A DNA stretch of 63,889 nucleotides, the filler included, from Octopus bimaculoides (taxonomy: Eukaryota): NCBI RefSeq assembly GCF_001194135.2. It is 5 parts of 5 records of this genome, joined end to end, with 100 filler letters (N's around TTAATTAATTAA, not from the genome) between each part and the next. Parts side by side here need not be neighbours in the genome. Positions count along the whole stretch, not along the records: positions 1 to 28,117 come from NC_069007.1; 4 more parts are not named here. The stretch is one strand, 5' to 3'. A program made the position numbers and the translations under genes. The notes beneath the pieces are model-generated. The model ran no database searches. It was not told where the DNA came from and worked only from the letters and a program-made list of their open reading frames with translations. Positions 1 through 12,760 of the stretch are shown here, piece by piece. Numbering within the stretch: position 1 is the stretch's first letter; each line of letters begins with the position of its first letter.

Positions 1-113
1 AAAAGGTAAAGCTTAAATCTGTCCTCAGCGCGATTTGAACACAGAATGCAGTGAATCGGAACAAATATCGCAAAAGACCCAGTTCAACCCTTTAATAGTT
101 TTGCCAATCTAGT

Positions 114-450
114 GAAAGCGCGTGGCTTCGTGGTTAGGGTGTTCGGCTCGCGATCATAAGGTCACGAGTTCGATTCCCAGCGCACGTTATATCCTTTTGC
201 AAAATACTTCATTTCATGTTGCTCCACTCCATTCAGCTGGCAAAAATGAGCGAGCTGTACCAGTAACTCGAAGGGCCCGCCTTGTCACACTCTGACACGC
301 TGAATCTCCCTGAGAACTACGTTAAGGGTACGCATGTCTGTGGAGTGCTCAGCCACCTGCACGTTGATTTCACGAGCAGGCTCTTCCGTTGATCGGATCA
401 ACCCTCGTTGTCGTAACCGACGGAGCGCTAGTTCTACCAATCTATCGCTG
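114..450 (+). mobile_element. tRNA-derived SINE, family D-like
   Basis: Pol III A box TGGCTTCGTGG and B box GAGTTCGATTCC, followed by TTGCTCCACTCCATTCAGCTG body shared with 31065-31392. Confidence 0.75.
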
Positions 451-676
451 TTTCGATACATCTTTTTAAGGGTCCCGACAGGATAAAAGGCAAAGCTGAC
501 CCCAACTCCTATTAGATCGTAAAGAGCCACAAGATATACTGTGATGCACTCATCCTATCTACTCTTTTAACAACTCTGTTAATTCTCTGAACAGAATCCC
601 ACAGATCCAGTTTTACTTTGGTTACCATAGACAAGTACACCTCTCTCTCCAGGTTGTTCTCTGGCCTATTGGTGGC

Positions 677-903
677 ATTGGGTTGTCCGGAAAGTTCGTG
701 CCGATTTATAGTAGCTTACCTTTCGACTTATTTGCCATGAAACCACCTCAATTCTGGGAAGAGGGTATTTTCAAGTTAAAGGAAAGATGGAGACGCATTG
801 TGCAACAAAATGATTAAAAATTGATTAAAAATGTAATGGCAAGTATTTATTGACCTTTTTCTTTCCTTTAATAATCGGCACGAACTTTCCAGACAACCCA
901 ATA
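677..903 (+). mobile_element. mariner-derived MITE (~225 bp)
   Basis: TIRs TTGGGTTGTCCGGAAAGTTCGTGCCGATT / AATCGGCACGAACTTTCCAGACAACCCAA. Internal FAMKPPQFWEEGIFKLKERWRRIVQQN resembles a mariner transposase C-terminus. Confidence 0.88.
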
Positions 904-1047
904 TATGCAAAAAGTGGATCCATCTACTCGGACCACGCTTACCAATCTCACCTCTTTTTAGCATCTTCAGAGATGGCCTATTATCAACAAAATCCAATCC
1001 AGAACTTGACCACAACTTTATTTAATTGACTTCTGTAAAAAGAAAAC

Positions 1048-1190
1048 GGTCATTTTTCAGATTAACATCCGCACGATTTTCACTAGGGTGTTAGGGTTAG
1101 GGTTTGGGTTAGGATTAGGGTTTTAGGGTTAGGATTAGAGTTTAGGGTTAGGGTTAGGTAATCGGGCGGGTATTAATCTGAAAAATTACC
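1048..1190. mobile_element. 143-bp MITE-like element: 31-bp TIRs enclosing degenerate (TTAGGG)n
   Basis: GGTCATTTTTCAGATTAACATCCGCACGATT (1048-1078) is nearly the reverse complement of AATCGGGCGGGTATTAATCTGAAAAATTACC (1160-1190). Confidence 0.75.
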
Positions 1191-1304
1191 AAAAAAACAA
1201 CGGGGCGGAATTTGAACTCAGAACATAGTGAGTCGTAAACTTTTGATTTACAATTTAGGAAGAATTTTTAGATGGGGGTTAATTAATACCATCTAATCAA
1301 GCCC

Positions 1305-1676
1305 TTGATTGATATTTTATTTTTATCAACCCCTGAAAGAATGGAAGGCAAAGTCAACCACGGTGGTATTTGAACCCAGAACGTAAAGACTGACGAAATG
1401 CCGCTAATCATTTTACCCGATGTGGTAACGATTCTGCCAGCTCAACGACTTAATAATAATAATCCTTTTCTACTAGAGGCACAAGGCCTAAAATTTGTGT
1501 GAGGAGGATATTTGATTATATCGACCCTAGTACTCAACTGGTACTTAATTTATCGACCCCGAAAGGATGAAAGGCAAAGTTGACCTCGGCGGAATTTGAA
1601 CTCAGATCTCAGCGACGGGCGAAATACCACTTAGCATTTCGCCCGACGTGCTAAAGATTCTGTCAGCTCGCCGCTT
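1305..1676 (-). mobile_element. Two tandem family A SINEs
   Basis: Reverse complement of GGCGAGCTGGCAGAATCGTTAGC...GAGTTCAAATTCCGCCGAGGTC...CTTTCATCCTTTCGGGGTCGATAAA. Confidence 0.85.
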
Positions 1677-2004
1677 TAATAATAATAATAATAATGATAA
1701 TAATTTACCCAGTTGATGAATGGCTAAATTGAACTGATTGGCGTTGAGAGACGAAGGAAAAAGGTGAGGGTGGGGAGGGCACTGGGCGTGTTTGTATTTG
1801 TGTATGTGGATGTGTGTGAGACACAAACATATACGCGCACGCGCACGCACGCAATAAGGTCGTCTTAACGGAGTTTTACGTGAGACATTGAAAGCGACGT
1901 GCAAGAACGATAATAAATGAATGAGAAAAAGTACTCATATATATATATATATGTATGTATAAAATATATATATACATTTATAATATATATATATACAGAC
2001 ACAG

Positions 2005-2069
<65 letters not shown>

Positions 2070-3147
2070 NNNNNNNNNNNNNNNNNNNNNNNNNNNNNNN
2101 NNNNNNNNNNNNNNNNNNNNNNNNNNNNNNNNNNNNNNNNNNNNNNNNNNNNNNNNNNNNNNNNNNNNNNNNNNNNNNNNNNNNNNNNNNNNNNNNNNNN
2201 NNNNNNNNNNNNNNNNNNNNNNNNNNNNNNNNNNNNNNNNNNNNNNNNNNNNNNNNNNNNNNNNNNNNNNNNNNNNNNNNNNNNNNNNNNNNNNNNNNNN
2301 NNNNNNNNNNNNNNNNNNNNNNNNNNNNNNNNNNNNNNNNNNNNNNNNNNNNNNNNNNNNNNNNNNNNNNNNNGCCGCGCGCATATATATATATATATAT
2401 ATATACATACATAAATATTTACTCTTATGTGCAAACACGTACGTACACATAAGCACACACATATATAAATACATTTACACAGAAACAGATATACATACTC
2501 ATATATCACATTTATGTAAGTGTACTCATACATACACCGAAGAGTACACATACATACATACATACACACAAATATATACATATACACACTTACACATACA
2601 CACACACACTTACACATACATATATATACAGATAGACACCTATACGTACACATATACATATATACATTCATACACACATACATACATACTAGATACACAC
2701 AGAGGCAAGATGGTAAGAGGAAAAAATGCACAATGACAACCACCATTAACAATCACAACAACAACAACAACACTAGTGAAAAGTATGTCGTGTAACACAA
2801 AGATCACCGCCTCAACCCCCACCATCTTCACACTGCCACCACCACCACCAACAACAACAACATAAAGATCTAAGTTTCTATAGTGAACGAAAATAACAAC
2901 ACACCAGTACTAGAGTTATATACAGATATATACACACACATTATATATATATATAAATATATACATATGTATATGTAATTTAGACGAAAAATCGAGTGCG
3001 TTGAAGGTGTATATAGATATATATACACATGTGTGTCTGTCTGTCTGTTGTCAATGTATGTATATAGGTGTATATATAATAAAAAGACATGGAGAGGATG
3101 TTACAACCTTTAAATTCTACTGAAATTGTTGTGTTACCATCTTCCAG

Positions 3148-3202
3148 GAGCGAGGAACCTGTTTCGTCGAATATGGATATATCGACTGGACATATTGTTT
3201 TG
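3148..3202 (+). CDS. PTPRN: Internal coding exon of receptor-type PTP-like N (IA-2/phogrin) orthologue; (W)SEEPVSSNMDISTGHIVL
   Basis: Acceptor ttccag|G at 3146-3147 and donor TTG|gtaagt at 3203; 55 nt = 1 nt + 18 codons. Peptide matches the IA-2 motif WCEEPAQANMDISTGHMIL and joins in phase 0 to the exon at 17499. Confidence 0.93.
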
Positions 3203-3280
3203 GTAAGTAAATTAGCCATCTCTCGGCTTTTTATTCCATTTCTCTCTCTCCTCCTTTGCCCTGCCTTTTGATATATGTTG

Positions 3281-3322
<42 letters not shown>

Positions 3323-4519
3323 GTATGCATATATCTATGTATGTGCGTATGTGTACATACTTTTATATATACGTACATGGTCTGTCATTCTGTCTGTCTA
3401 TCGATCTATCTATGGATGTTTTGTGTATATAAATATGATCATATATGTACATGTATATATATATATTGTCTTTCTTTCTGTGTTTGTCTTAGTCTTTTTC
3501 TCACTATATATTAAATACAACTGGTATATAGTTACACGTTTGCTTGCTTGTTTGTGTGTATATTCATTTACATATCACACATAGTTATGCACATACATAC
3601 ATACATACAGGTGCGTTATAGATACACGTGTATATAGCATAAAATGTACATCTATATAAAACTTCATTTATATATATATATATATGGATACACACACACA
3701 CACTCAACACATCCACATATTTTATATATGTGTATACCGACGCATAGATACACGTGTATATATAATGCATCAAGCTATTAAACCTTTTGTAGTATATGTA
3801 TTCAAAATATATATATGTTGCGGTCTACATATAATGAAAATGAAAATGTTTGCTTTTATTCTTTTACATGTTTTTTTTTTATATTGTTGTTCATTGTGTT
3901 TATTGCTGTGTTAATTTTGAAGACCTACTATCCTTCTTTTCTATCCATCCCTCTGTTCCTTCAATGTGCTTACTGCTCTTTCTCGCACCACCTCTCTCTC
4001 ATTATGGGTTTATTCTATGCCTAGACACACCTAATTTTTTCTTTCTCTCTGATAATTTATATACACTCTTCTATCGATGTATATACATATTGCAATGCTA
4101 CATAACACAGTGATATATATATATATATATACATATATCACTGATTCTCTAACTCTGGTTTTCAGCAGTTTGACGTTATGAAGCCTGCGTATTTAAAAAG
4201 CCAACAGGTTGGTGTTTAACCACAGGCAGGATGTGATCAAGCAGACACAATGATCAAAATCATACCAACCACGACCATCATGTTTTCTGGAGGGCCGTGG
4301 GTCTGTAGTATCTAGGAGGAAAATTGTATAATACGGATCATGTTCCCTCTCCCTTTTTAAAGATTGCAGGGTGTAATTCAAGAGGGATTTGGCTGCTATT
4401 TCTAGCAACGCGAACGACCACTTAGTAACGGCTTCGTTCCGTGTTGGCTCGAAAACCAGCAGGTGCGTCATTACGGCGTTTTCGTAGCTACTGTGTGTCT
4501 TTGTATATATTGTGTGTAA

Positions 4520-4555
<36 letters not shown>

Positions 4556-5591
4556 NNNNNNNNNNNNNNNNNNNNNNNNNNNNNNNNNNNNNNNNNNNNN
4601 NNNNNNNNNNNNNNNNNNNNNNNNNNNNNNNNNNNNNNNNNNNNNNNNNNNNNNNNNNNNNNNNNNNNNNNNNNNNNNNNNNNNNNNNNNNNNNNNNNNN
4701 NNNNNNNNNNNNNNNNNNNNNNNNNNNNNNNNNNNNNNNNNNNNNNNNNNNNNNNNNNNNNNNNNNNNNNNNNNNNNNNNNNNNNNNNNNNNNNNNNNNN
4801 NNNNNNNNNNNNNNNNNNNNNNNNNNNNNNNNNNNNNNNNNNNNNNNNNNNNNNNNNNNNNNNNNNNNNNNNNNNNNNNNNNNNNNNNNNNNNNNNNNNN
4901 NNNNNNNNNNNNNNNNNATATATATTATATATATATATATACAGTGTGTGTCTCTCACTCTATGTATATATATATATATATATTATATATATAGTGTTTG
5001 TGAGTGTATATATATGTATATCTCTATATATAAACACCACATGTCTGTAGCCTATGTGCGAATGTATATATGCAGTATGTATATGTTTATGCATATGTGT
5101 ATATATATATATATACATCTTTGTGTACACACACAGGGTATATATATTATTTTACATCTATATATACACACATAAACAGACGCGCGTACGTCGATCTTAC
5201 CGTATGGAGAATTTATACGTAGATGAATTTTTGTGAATGAACGTAAGATAAGACGCGCGTACGCACACTACCACACATACACACACACAGATGTATACAT
5301 ATATATATATACGCACGCACGCATTCACACATAGACATACACACATAGCCGGGTGTGTGTTGTTCTGTGTGTGAATCTGCGTCCGTATATGCATCCGAGT
5401 GCGTGTGATTATGTAGGTGAGTTTACCTTGCGTGGGAAAGTCATTCAGTTATATCACACGTGTCTCGGCAACGACATATATACATATATGTATACACACA
5501 CATACTGACACGCGAATAAGAGAATTGTATTATATATATAAGGTCGTCGTCTACAGACGTGCGTCCCTCTACTTACACAATTGTGTGTGTG

Positions 5592-5633
<42 letters not shown>

Positions 5634-6639
5634 CAGTGTGTGTATATATATATACACACGCATACATACACTCGCATATACTTACGTCTACCAGCCTAGC
5701 TTATTGGAATTATCTCCCTTGCAAATTTTATTTGTAAGATTTTCTGCACCACTAGAGTGAGTTCCTGACCACTAATCTTGCGGATAATCTCAGATGATCG
5801 ACTTAATGCAATCCTTTACATTATATATGAGAAATCTACTGCACATGTATTCAATATGCACAACACCCCATCCGCACCCCACGAGGGATTTCCCCCACTG
5901 CTACGTTATATAGGGTGCATTCCAGAAGATTTGAGACTTTTTTTTGTTTAGGTGAAGAATCAATTATATCTGTTCTAGTTTATTGTAATTTTAGTATATT
6001 ATTATAGATCTAATAAGCTGACCTGCCGTCTTTTGAATTTGTTAGAAACTGTGTGGAAGTCTGTTGTATGTGTGTATATGAATAAACCGTGTATGACAAG
6101 AAAAAAGGTAGACAGGAATATTGTTGGAAATAAGGACCATACCTAATGAATGGATACAGTTATAGAGACCCCTATTCAGGACTTTAAGATTCTGTGTCAA
6201 CATGTGTTTGTAAATGATGGCGGTAAGGGCACCTGGCTGATGACAGCTGAAGAGGTGCAGCGATCATCTTATCGTTGACAGAGGAACTTGAAGTGCTGTA
6301 TGTGCATCATTGTATCATTCTTTATATATTATAGGTGCAGGAATGGCTGTGTGGTAAGTAGCTTGCTTAGCAACCACACGATTCCAGGTTCAGTCCCACT
6401 GCATGGCACCTTGGGCAAGTGTCTTCTACTATAGCCTCGGGTTGACCAAAGCCTTGTGAGTGGATTTGGTAGACGGAAACTGAAAGAAGCCCGTCGTATA
6501 TATGTATATGTATATATATGTGTATATGTTTGTGTGTCTGTGCTTGTCTCTCCAACATCGCTTGACAACCGATGAATGGTTTCTTTGTGGCTGGATGCTC
6601 TTCCTAACACCAACCACACATACATATATATATATATCT

Positions 6640-6853
6640 TTTATCTTTTACTTGTTTCAGTCATTAGACTGTGGTCATGCTGGGGCACCTCCTTGAGGAA
6701 TTTTTTAGTTGAACAAATCGACCCTAGTACTTATTTTCTTTTTAAGCCTGGTATTTATTCTTTCAATCTCTTTCGCTGGAACCGCTAAGTTATGGGGACA
6801 TAAACACACCAACAGCTATTGTAAAATGGTGGTGGGGGACAAACTATGTACAT

Positions 6854-6904
<51 letters not shown>

Positions 6905-7318
6905 TAGGATGGGCTTCTTTTTCAGTTTCTTATTTCTGTATTGCCCACAAGGGGCTAAACATAGAGGGGATAAACAAGGACAGACAAAGGGATTAAGGCG
7001 ATTACATCGACCCCAGTGCGTAACTGGTACTTAATTTATCAACCTCCGAAAGGATGAAAGGCAAAGTCGACCTCAGCGGAATTTGAACTCGGAACGTCAC
7101 AGCAGAGAAAATACTACTAAGCGCTTCGCCAGGCGTGCTAACGTTTCTGCCAGTTCACCGCCTTTTTCAGTTTCTGTCTACCAAATCCACTCACAAGGCT
7201 TTGGTCAGCCAGAGGCTACGATATAAGACACTTGCCCAAGGTGCCATGCAGTGGGATTGAACCTGGAACCATGTGGTTGGGAAGCAGACTTCTAACTATA
7301 CAGTCACGCCTGTACCTA
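6640..7318 (-). mobile_element. Family B SINE with a nested family A SINE (~6931-7162)
   Basis: 13-bp duplication TTTTTCAGTTTCT at 6918-6930 and 7163-7175 flanks the inner element. Confidence 0.85.
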
Positions 7319-9254
7319 AATATAAAATTATGTTGTATGTATTTGGGTCTGTGATCTTGTCTTTGTGTCACACACTTGTTGTAAGGGAGTGCCGAGTGTT
7401 AGAAAAATAAATATGAGAAACTTGCTTCAAGGCAAGCACACAGCAGGAGAGATCTTGAGAGGAAGAACTCCCACCCAACAAGTGTTTCAGCTCTTATTCT
7501 TGACACTATATGAGAGCCAGACCCACCTGGGTCATGACTCCTAGGTGTCCTCCTGCTGCTTTCCAAAATTGTGTCTCCAGCAGGATTTGAACCACTAAGC
7601 CATGCTGACCACCAAAGGAACCAGCTCTCTTCTGCCTTGCATTTCCTTCCAGTCCTCACTGTTAAATCTCTGATTGAAACCAGTAAAAGACAAAAAGATG
7701 CAAGTGTTTGTGTAGAGGTACATGGCTTAGTGGTTAGGGTGTTAAGCTCATGATCATAAAATTATGGTTTTGATTCCTGCAAATATGGAGAAGTGGGAGT
7801 TAAAACAATGATTGATGGTGATGATGATGATGATGGTGATGTTTTCCTTTTCACTTACAGTTAACCAAATCTGTTTCAGAAGGCCTGGTTTTCCTAAGAT
7901 TATTGCAGATGTTAACCCATTAAAAATTACAAATTTCGTAATTATCTGTCAATATTTACACATATCTAACCTTTTTGCTATATCTACTAGGCATATTTCT
8001 CTGATATTCAAATGAAGTTTGCTAATTTTTCACCCAATATCTTGCTTATTTCTATTTAAAATGTTATTTTGATCATTCCAGCATGTTTCTAAGGCTGTTT
8101 TATGCTAGGAATCAAAGTTTCATAAAAAAAATTCCAGTTAATAGAATTATGGGAGGTAATGGGTTAAATATACGATAATGGTAATTATATAGTGAAGTGC
8201 ACACATATACATGTACACACACACACACACACACACACCAGTGTGGCTGTGCAGTAAGAAGTTTGTTTCCTAACCAGATGGTTCTGGCTTCAGTCCCACT
8301 GCATGGTGCCATGGGCAAAAGTTATTATTACATCTCTTGAAAGAGCACCATTTACTGTTTCAAACTGTGAATGGTACTCTGTCCATTTAAAAAGTTATGC
8401 AGTCGCTCTCCTTCTTTTCCAAGACAGCCAATATTGCTTGGTGCCATAATCGACTTTCTGGAAGGCATCGTCCAGCTCTAAAATGATGTCACTAGCAGAC
8501 TTGGCACATTCTAATGATTTTTTTTTTACTCATATCAAGGCAGGAAGCCAATTTTCTTTGCAATAGACATGAAGCTAATGGTCAGCTGAATTAATTATTC
8601 ATTTATTGTCAGGTCTTAAGTCCACCTCGAAATAGCAATGATCAAATTTATGACCGATGGTGGTGGTAGTCATAGTTATTTGTTTAATTCTAAGTCCTAA
8701 ATAAACACCTAGCCCCTTTTCAGCAGACCAGTGATTGAAGGCCATTCAACCAAAATTTAACCGTTTATTTTTCAATTTTTGAAACGTGATATCTTTGGTT
8801 ACTTAATATAATGTGTCTGTGTAAGATGCAATTTGGCAGAATCATTAACACACCAGACAAAATGTTTAATGGAATTTCATATGTGTTACATTCTGAGTTC
8901 AAATTCTGCCAAGGTTGACTTTATCTTTCATTCTTTTGGGGTCAATAACATAAGTGCCTGTCAAGCACTGGGGGTTGATACAACCAACTCGACCCTGCCC
9001 TAGTAATTTCAGACCTTGTGCCTATAATAGAAAGGATTATTAGCAGAATCATTAGCACAGCTGGTAAAATGCTTAGCAATATTTCTCTCATCGCTACGTT
9101 CTGAGTTCATATTCTGCCAAGGTTAATTTTGCCTTTCATCCTTTCGGGGTCACTAAATTAAGTACCAGTTGCATACTGGTTCAATGTAATTAAGTAGTCC
9201 CCTCCCACTAAATTTCCGTCCTTGTGCCTATATTACAAAGGATTATTATTATTA

Positions 9255-9599
9255 TTATTAGCGTGGTCGTTACCAGTGTTGCCTTACTGGCACTTGTGCC
9301 GGTGGCATGAAAAACATTCGAGCAAGGTCATTGCCAGTGCCGCTGGACTGGCTCCTGTGTAGGTGGCACGTAAGAAACACCATTTGAGCGTGGTTGTTGC
9401 CAGTACCGCCTGACTGGACCTCGTGCCAGTGGCACATAAAAGCACCTGCTACACTCTCGGAGTGGTTGGCGTTAGGAAGGGCATCCAGCTGTAGAAACTC
9501 TGCCAGATCAGATTGGAGCCTGGTGCAGCCATCTGGTTCACCAGTCCTCAGTCAAATTGTCCAACCCATACTAACATGGAAAGCGGACGTTAAGCAATG

Positions 9600-9600
<1 letters not shown>
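9255..9600 (+). mobile_element. RTE 3' UTR fragment
   Basis: Same repeated GCCAGT..ACTGGC units and ending GGAAAGCGGACGTTAA as 60350-60776. Confidence 0.85.
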
Positions 9601-9631
<31 letters not shown>

Positions 9632-10073
9632 CATTAAGGAGGCAGGCTGGCAGAATCGTTAGCACACAAATGCTTAGTGGCATTTCGTCTGCCGTTACGT
9701 TCTAAGTTCAAATTCCGCCGAGGTCGACTTTGCTTTCATCTTTTTGGGGGTCAATAAATTAAGTACCAGTTATGCACTGGGGTTGATGTAATCAACTTAA
9801 TCCCTTTGTCTGTCCTTGTTTGTCCCCTCTATGTTTAGCCCCTTGTGGGCTATAAAGAAGTAAGAATCATTAGCATGCTGGGCAGACAAAATGCTTAGCA
9901 ACATTTCATCTGTCTTTATGTTCTGAGTTCAAATTCCGCTGAGGTCAACTTTGCCTTTCATCCTTTCAGGGTCAATAAATTAAGTACCAATTGAGTACTG
10001 GGGTCAATATAATTGACTAGTCCCCTCCTCCAAAATTTCAGGCCTTGTGCCATTAGTAGAAAACATTATTATT

Positions 10074-10298
10074 ATTGGGATGTCCAGAAAGTTCGTGCCG
10101 ATATTAAAGGAAAGAAAAAGGTCAATAAATACTTGCCATGACATTTTTAATCAACCAAATATGAACCATTTTGTTGCTCAATGCGTCTTCATCTTCCCTT
10201 TAACTTCAAAATACCCTCTTCCCAGAATTGAGGTGGTTTCATGGCAAATAAGTAAGGTACACCACTATAAATCGGCACAAACTTTTCGGACAACCCAT
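10074..10298 (-). mobile_element. mariner-derived MITE, second copy, in an (ATT)n tract
   Basis: Same TIRs and internal sequence as 677-903, opposite orientation. Confidence 0.88.
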
Positions 10299-10649
10299 TA
10301 TTATTATCATCATTATTATTATCATTATTATTATTATTATTATTATGGTGAACTGGCAGAATTGTTAGCATGCTGGGCAAAATACTTTACAGCATTTCAA
10401 TTGTTTTTATGTTCTGAGTTCAAATTCTGCCAAGGTCGTCTTTGCCTTTCATCAACCAGTATAATGTATCATTGCTTTTTCCAAGAGGGAGATTTTACTG
10501 CTTTTTCTAGCAGTTTTGTGTGTAGACTTTGCCTTTCATCCTTTCAAGGTTGATAAATTAAGTACCAGTTGCATACTGGGTTGATCTAATCGACTGCCCC
10601 CGCCTCCCCCAGAAATCTCGGGCCTTGTGCCTAGAGTAGAAAAGAAAAG

Positions 10650-11205
10650 AATACTACTCTTTTACTCTTTTACTTGTTTCAGTCATTTAACTGTGGCCAT
10701 GCTGAAGCACTGCCTTTAGTTAAGTAAATCGACCCCAGGACTTATTCTTTGTAAGCCTAGTACTTATTCTATCTTTCATCTTTTGCCGAACCGCTAGGTT
10801 ACGAGGACGTAAACACACCAGTATCAGTTGTCAAACAANNNNNNNNNNNNNNNNNNNNNNNNNNNNNNNNNNNNNNNNNNNNNNNNNNNNNNNNNNNNNN
10901 NNNNNNNNNNNNNNNNNNNNNNNNNNNNNNNNNNNNNNNNNNNNNNNNNNNNNNNNNNNNNNNNNNNNNNNNNNNNNNNNNNNNNNNNNNNNNNNNNNNN
11001 NNNNNNNNNNNNNNNNATATATATATATATATATATATATACGACGGGCTTCTTTTCAGTTTCCGTCTACCAAATCCACTCACAAGGCTTTGGTCGACCC
11101 GAGGCTATAGTAGAAGACACTTACCCAAAGTGTCATGCAGTGGGACTGAACCTGGAACTGTGTGGTTGGTAAGCAAGCTACTTACCACACAGCCACTCCT
11201 GCACC
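10650..11205 (-). mobile_element. Family B SINE spanning an N gap in its internal microsatellite
   Basis: 3' domain at 10650-10838, head at 11040-11205. Confidence 0.8.
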
Positions 11206-12371
11206 TACTAGTTTTTTTGTTAATTTTCACTCCTTACCTGGTGCAGAATATATAATTACCTTTTATCCATTTAATAAAATAAAAAGTTTTTGGTTTTGGT
11301 TAATGAAAGTTTGCAGGCTTATTGTTATATTTATTGACAATATTTTACATATATTTACAATTCAAAATGGCCACTGTTTGCTTTCACCATAGCTCTTAAT
11401 TCTTTAAACCAGCCATTTTCACCTCACAGTCTTGTATATGAACCATTTTCAGCGCTACTGTTTGTTCACGGTTGTTTGCGTGGCCATATTTAATTAAGAA
11501 TGAACAACAAACGAAAATAACATGAAGAAGTGTTCTGTGACATTTGCATCTTTTTCTGCCATTAAGAATGTTTCAATTTATTCTTTGAATAATGGGTTTG
11601 TGCTTATGTTTAAATGCATATACTGTAAGAAATATAAGACGGTTAAAAATTTGTTTTTTCCATAATTCTCTCAGAGGACTGAAAAGCAAATTTGCTCCTC
11701 ACAGAATTTGAACTTTGAACTCCAGATTTGCTGTATTTAGTCCCTTCAGTTGATTTTTTTTTCCTACTTCACCATAAAAATTAGTGAGCTTTTACACTTG
11801 GGTGTCAAAATTATGACCTCTATTGGCCATATCTGACCTACAGCAAAAGTTTTGTCTTGCTCTTGTCTCAGTTTTGTATTTAAAAAAAAAAATCACTGTT
11901 TTCAAATTTTAAGATATTCTATGAAATGTAGCTCATTTTCAGAATAGATAAATAAATAAATAAATTTATTAATCCAATTTACATTGAATATTTTTTATCG
12001 GTTACAATAANNNNNNNNNNNNNNNNNNNNNNNNNNNNNNNNNNNNNNNNNNNNNNNNNNNNNNNNNNNNNNNNNNNNNNNNNNNNNNNNNNNNNNNNNN
12101 NNNNNNNNNNNNNNNNNNNNNNNNNNNNNNTTTTTTTAATTTGACAATGAAAAAATGTTTTTTAGCTTTTGTGGTAACATATTATTCCAAGCATTTTTGG
12201 CAAATTGATACTAAAAAAAAAAAAGGGGGGGTGGCAAATTCAAGTCAGCGATATCTCTTGTTTGGTAGTTATGGGGGAGAGAATGGTAACGGATAATTTC
12301 ATAGAAATAAGTATGGCGGTGAAGATGAAATATTTTGTGGAACTTGATGGCAGTGTTTTATAGATATATAT

Positions 12372-12760
12372 AGGTGCAGGAGTGGCTGTGTGGTAAGTAG
12401 CTTGCTTACCAACCACATGGTTCCAGGTTCAGTCCCACTGTGTGGCACCTTGGGGCAAGTGTCTTCTACTATAGCCTCAGAGCGACCAAAGCCTTGTGAG
12501 TGGATTTGGTAGACGGAAACTGAAAGAAGCCTGTCATATGTACATGTGTGTGTGCATGTTTCCGTGTTTGTTTCCCCCACCATCGCTTGACAACTGATGC
12601 TGGTGTGTTTATATCCCCGTAACTTAGCGGTTTGGCAAAAGTGACCGATAGAATAAATACTAGGTTTACAAAGAATATGTCGTGGGGTCGATTTGTTTGA
12701 CTAAAGGCAGTGCTCCAGCATGGCCGCAGTCAAATGACTGAAACAAATACTGAAGAATAA
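12372..12760 (+). mobile_element. Full-length family B SINE (tRNA head, CORE-like block, internal microsatellite, 3' domain)
   Basis: TAGGTGCAGGAGTGGCTGTGTGG...GGTTCAGTCC...CACCTTGGGGCAAGTGTCTTC...(TG)n...CATCGCTTGACAAC...GACTGAAACAA. Other copies at 6332-6600, 10650-11205(-), 26545-26990(-), 31780-32075(-), 35212-35400 and 58450-58860. Confidence 0.88.

Larger units (their letters stand above)
8830..10650 (+). mobile_element. Cluster of at least five same-orientation family A SINEs, interleaved with an RTE tail and a MITE
   Basis: GGCAGAATC(A/G)TTAGC...TTCTGAGTTCA heads near 8835, 9045, 9648, 9865 and 10352. Confidence 0.82.

Noticed and set aside
114-190. tRNA genes (also near 13213, 31065 and the family A/B heads)
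   Set aside because: A/B boxes are present, but no acceptor stem closes and each continues into a repeat body; these are SINE heads.
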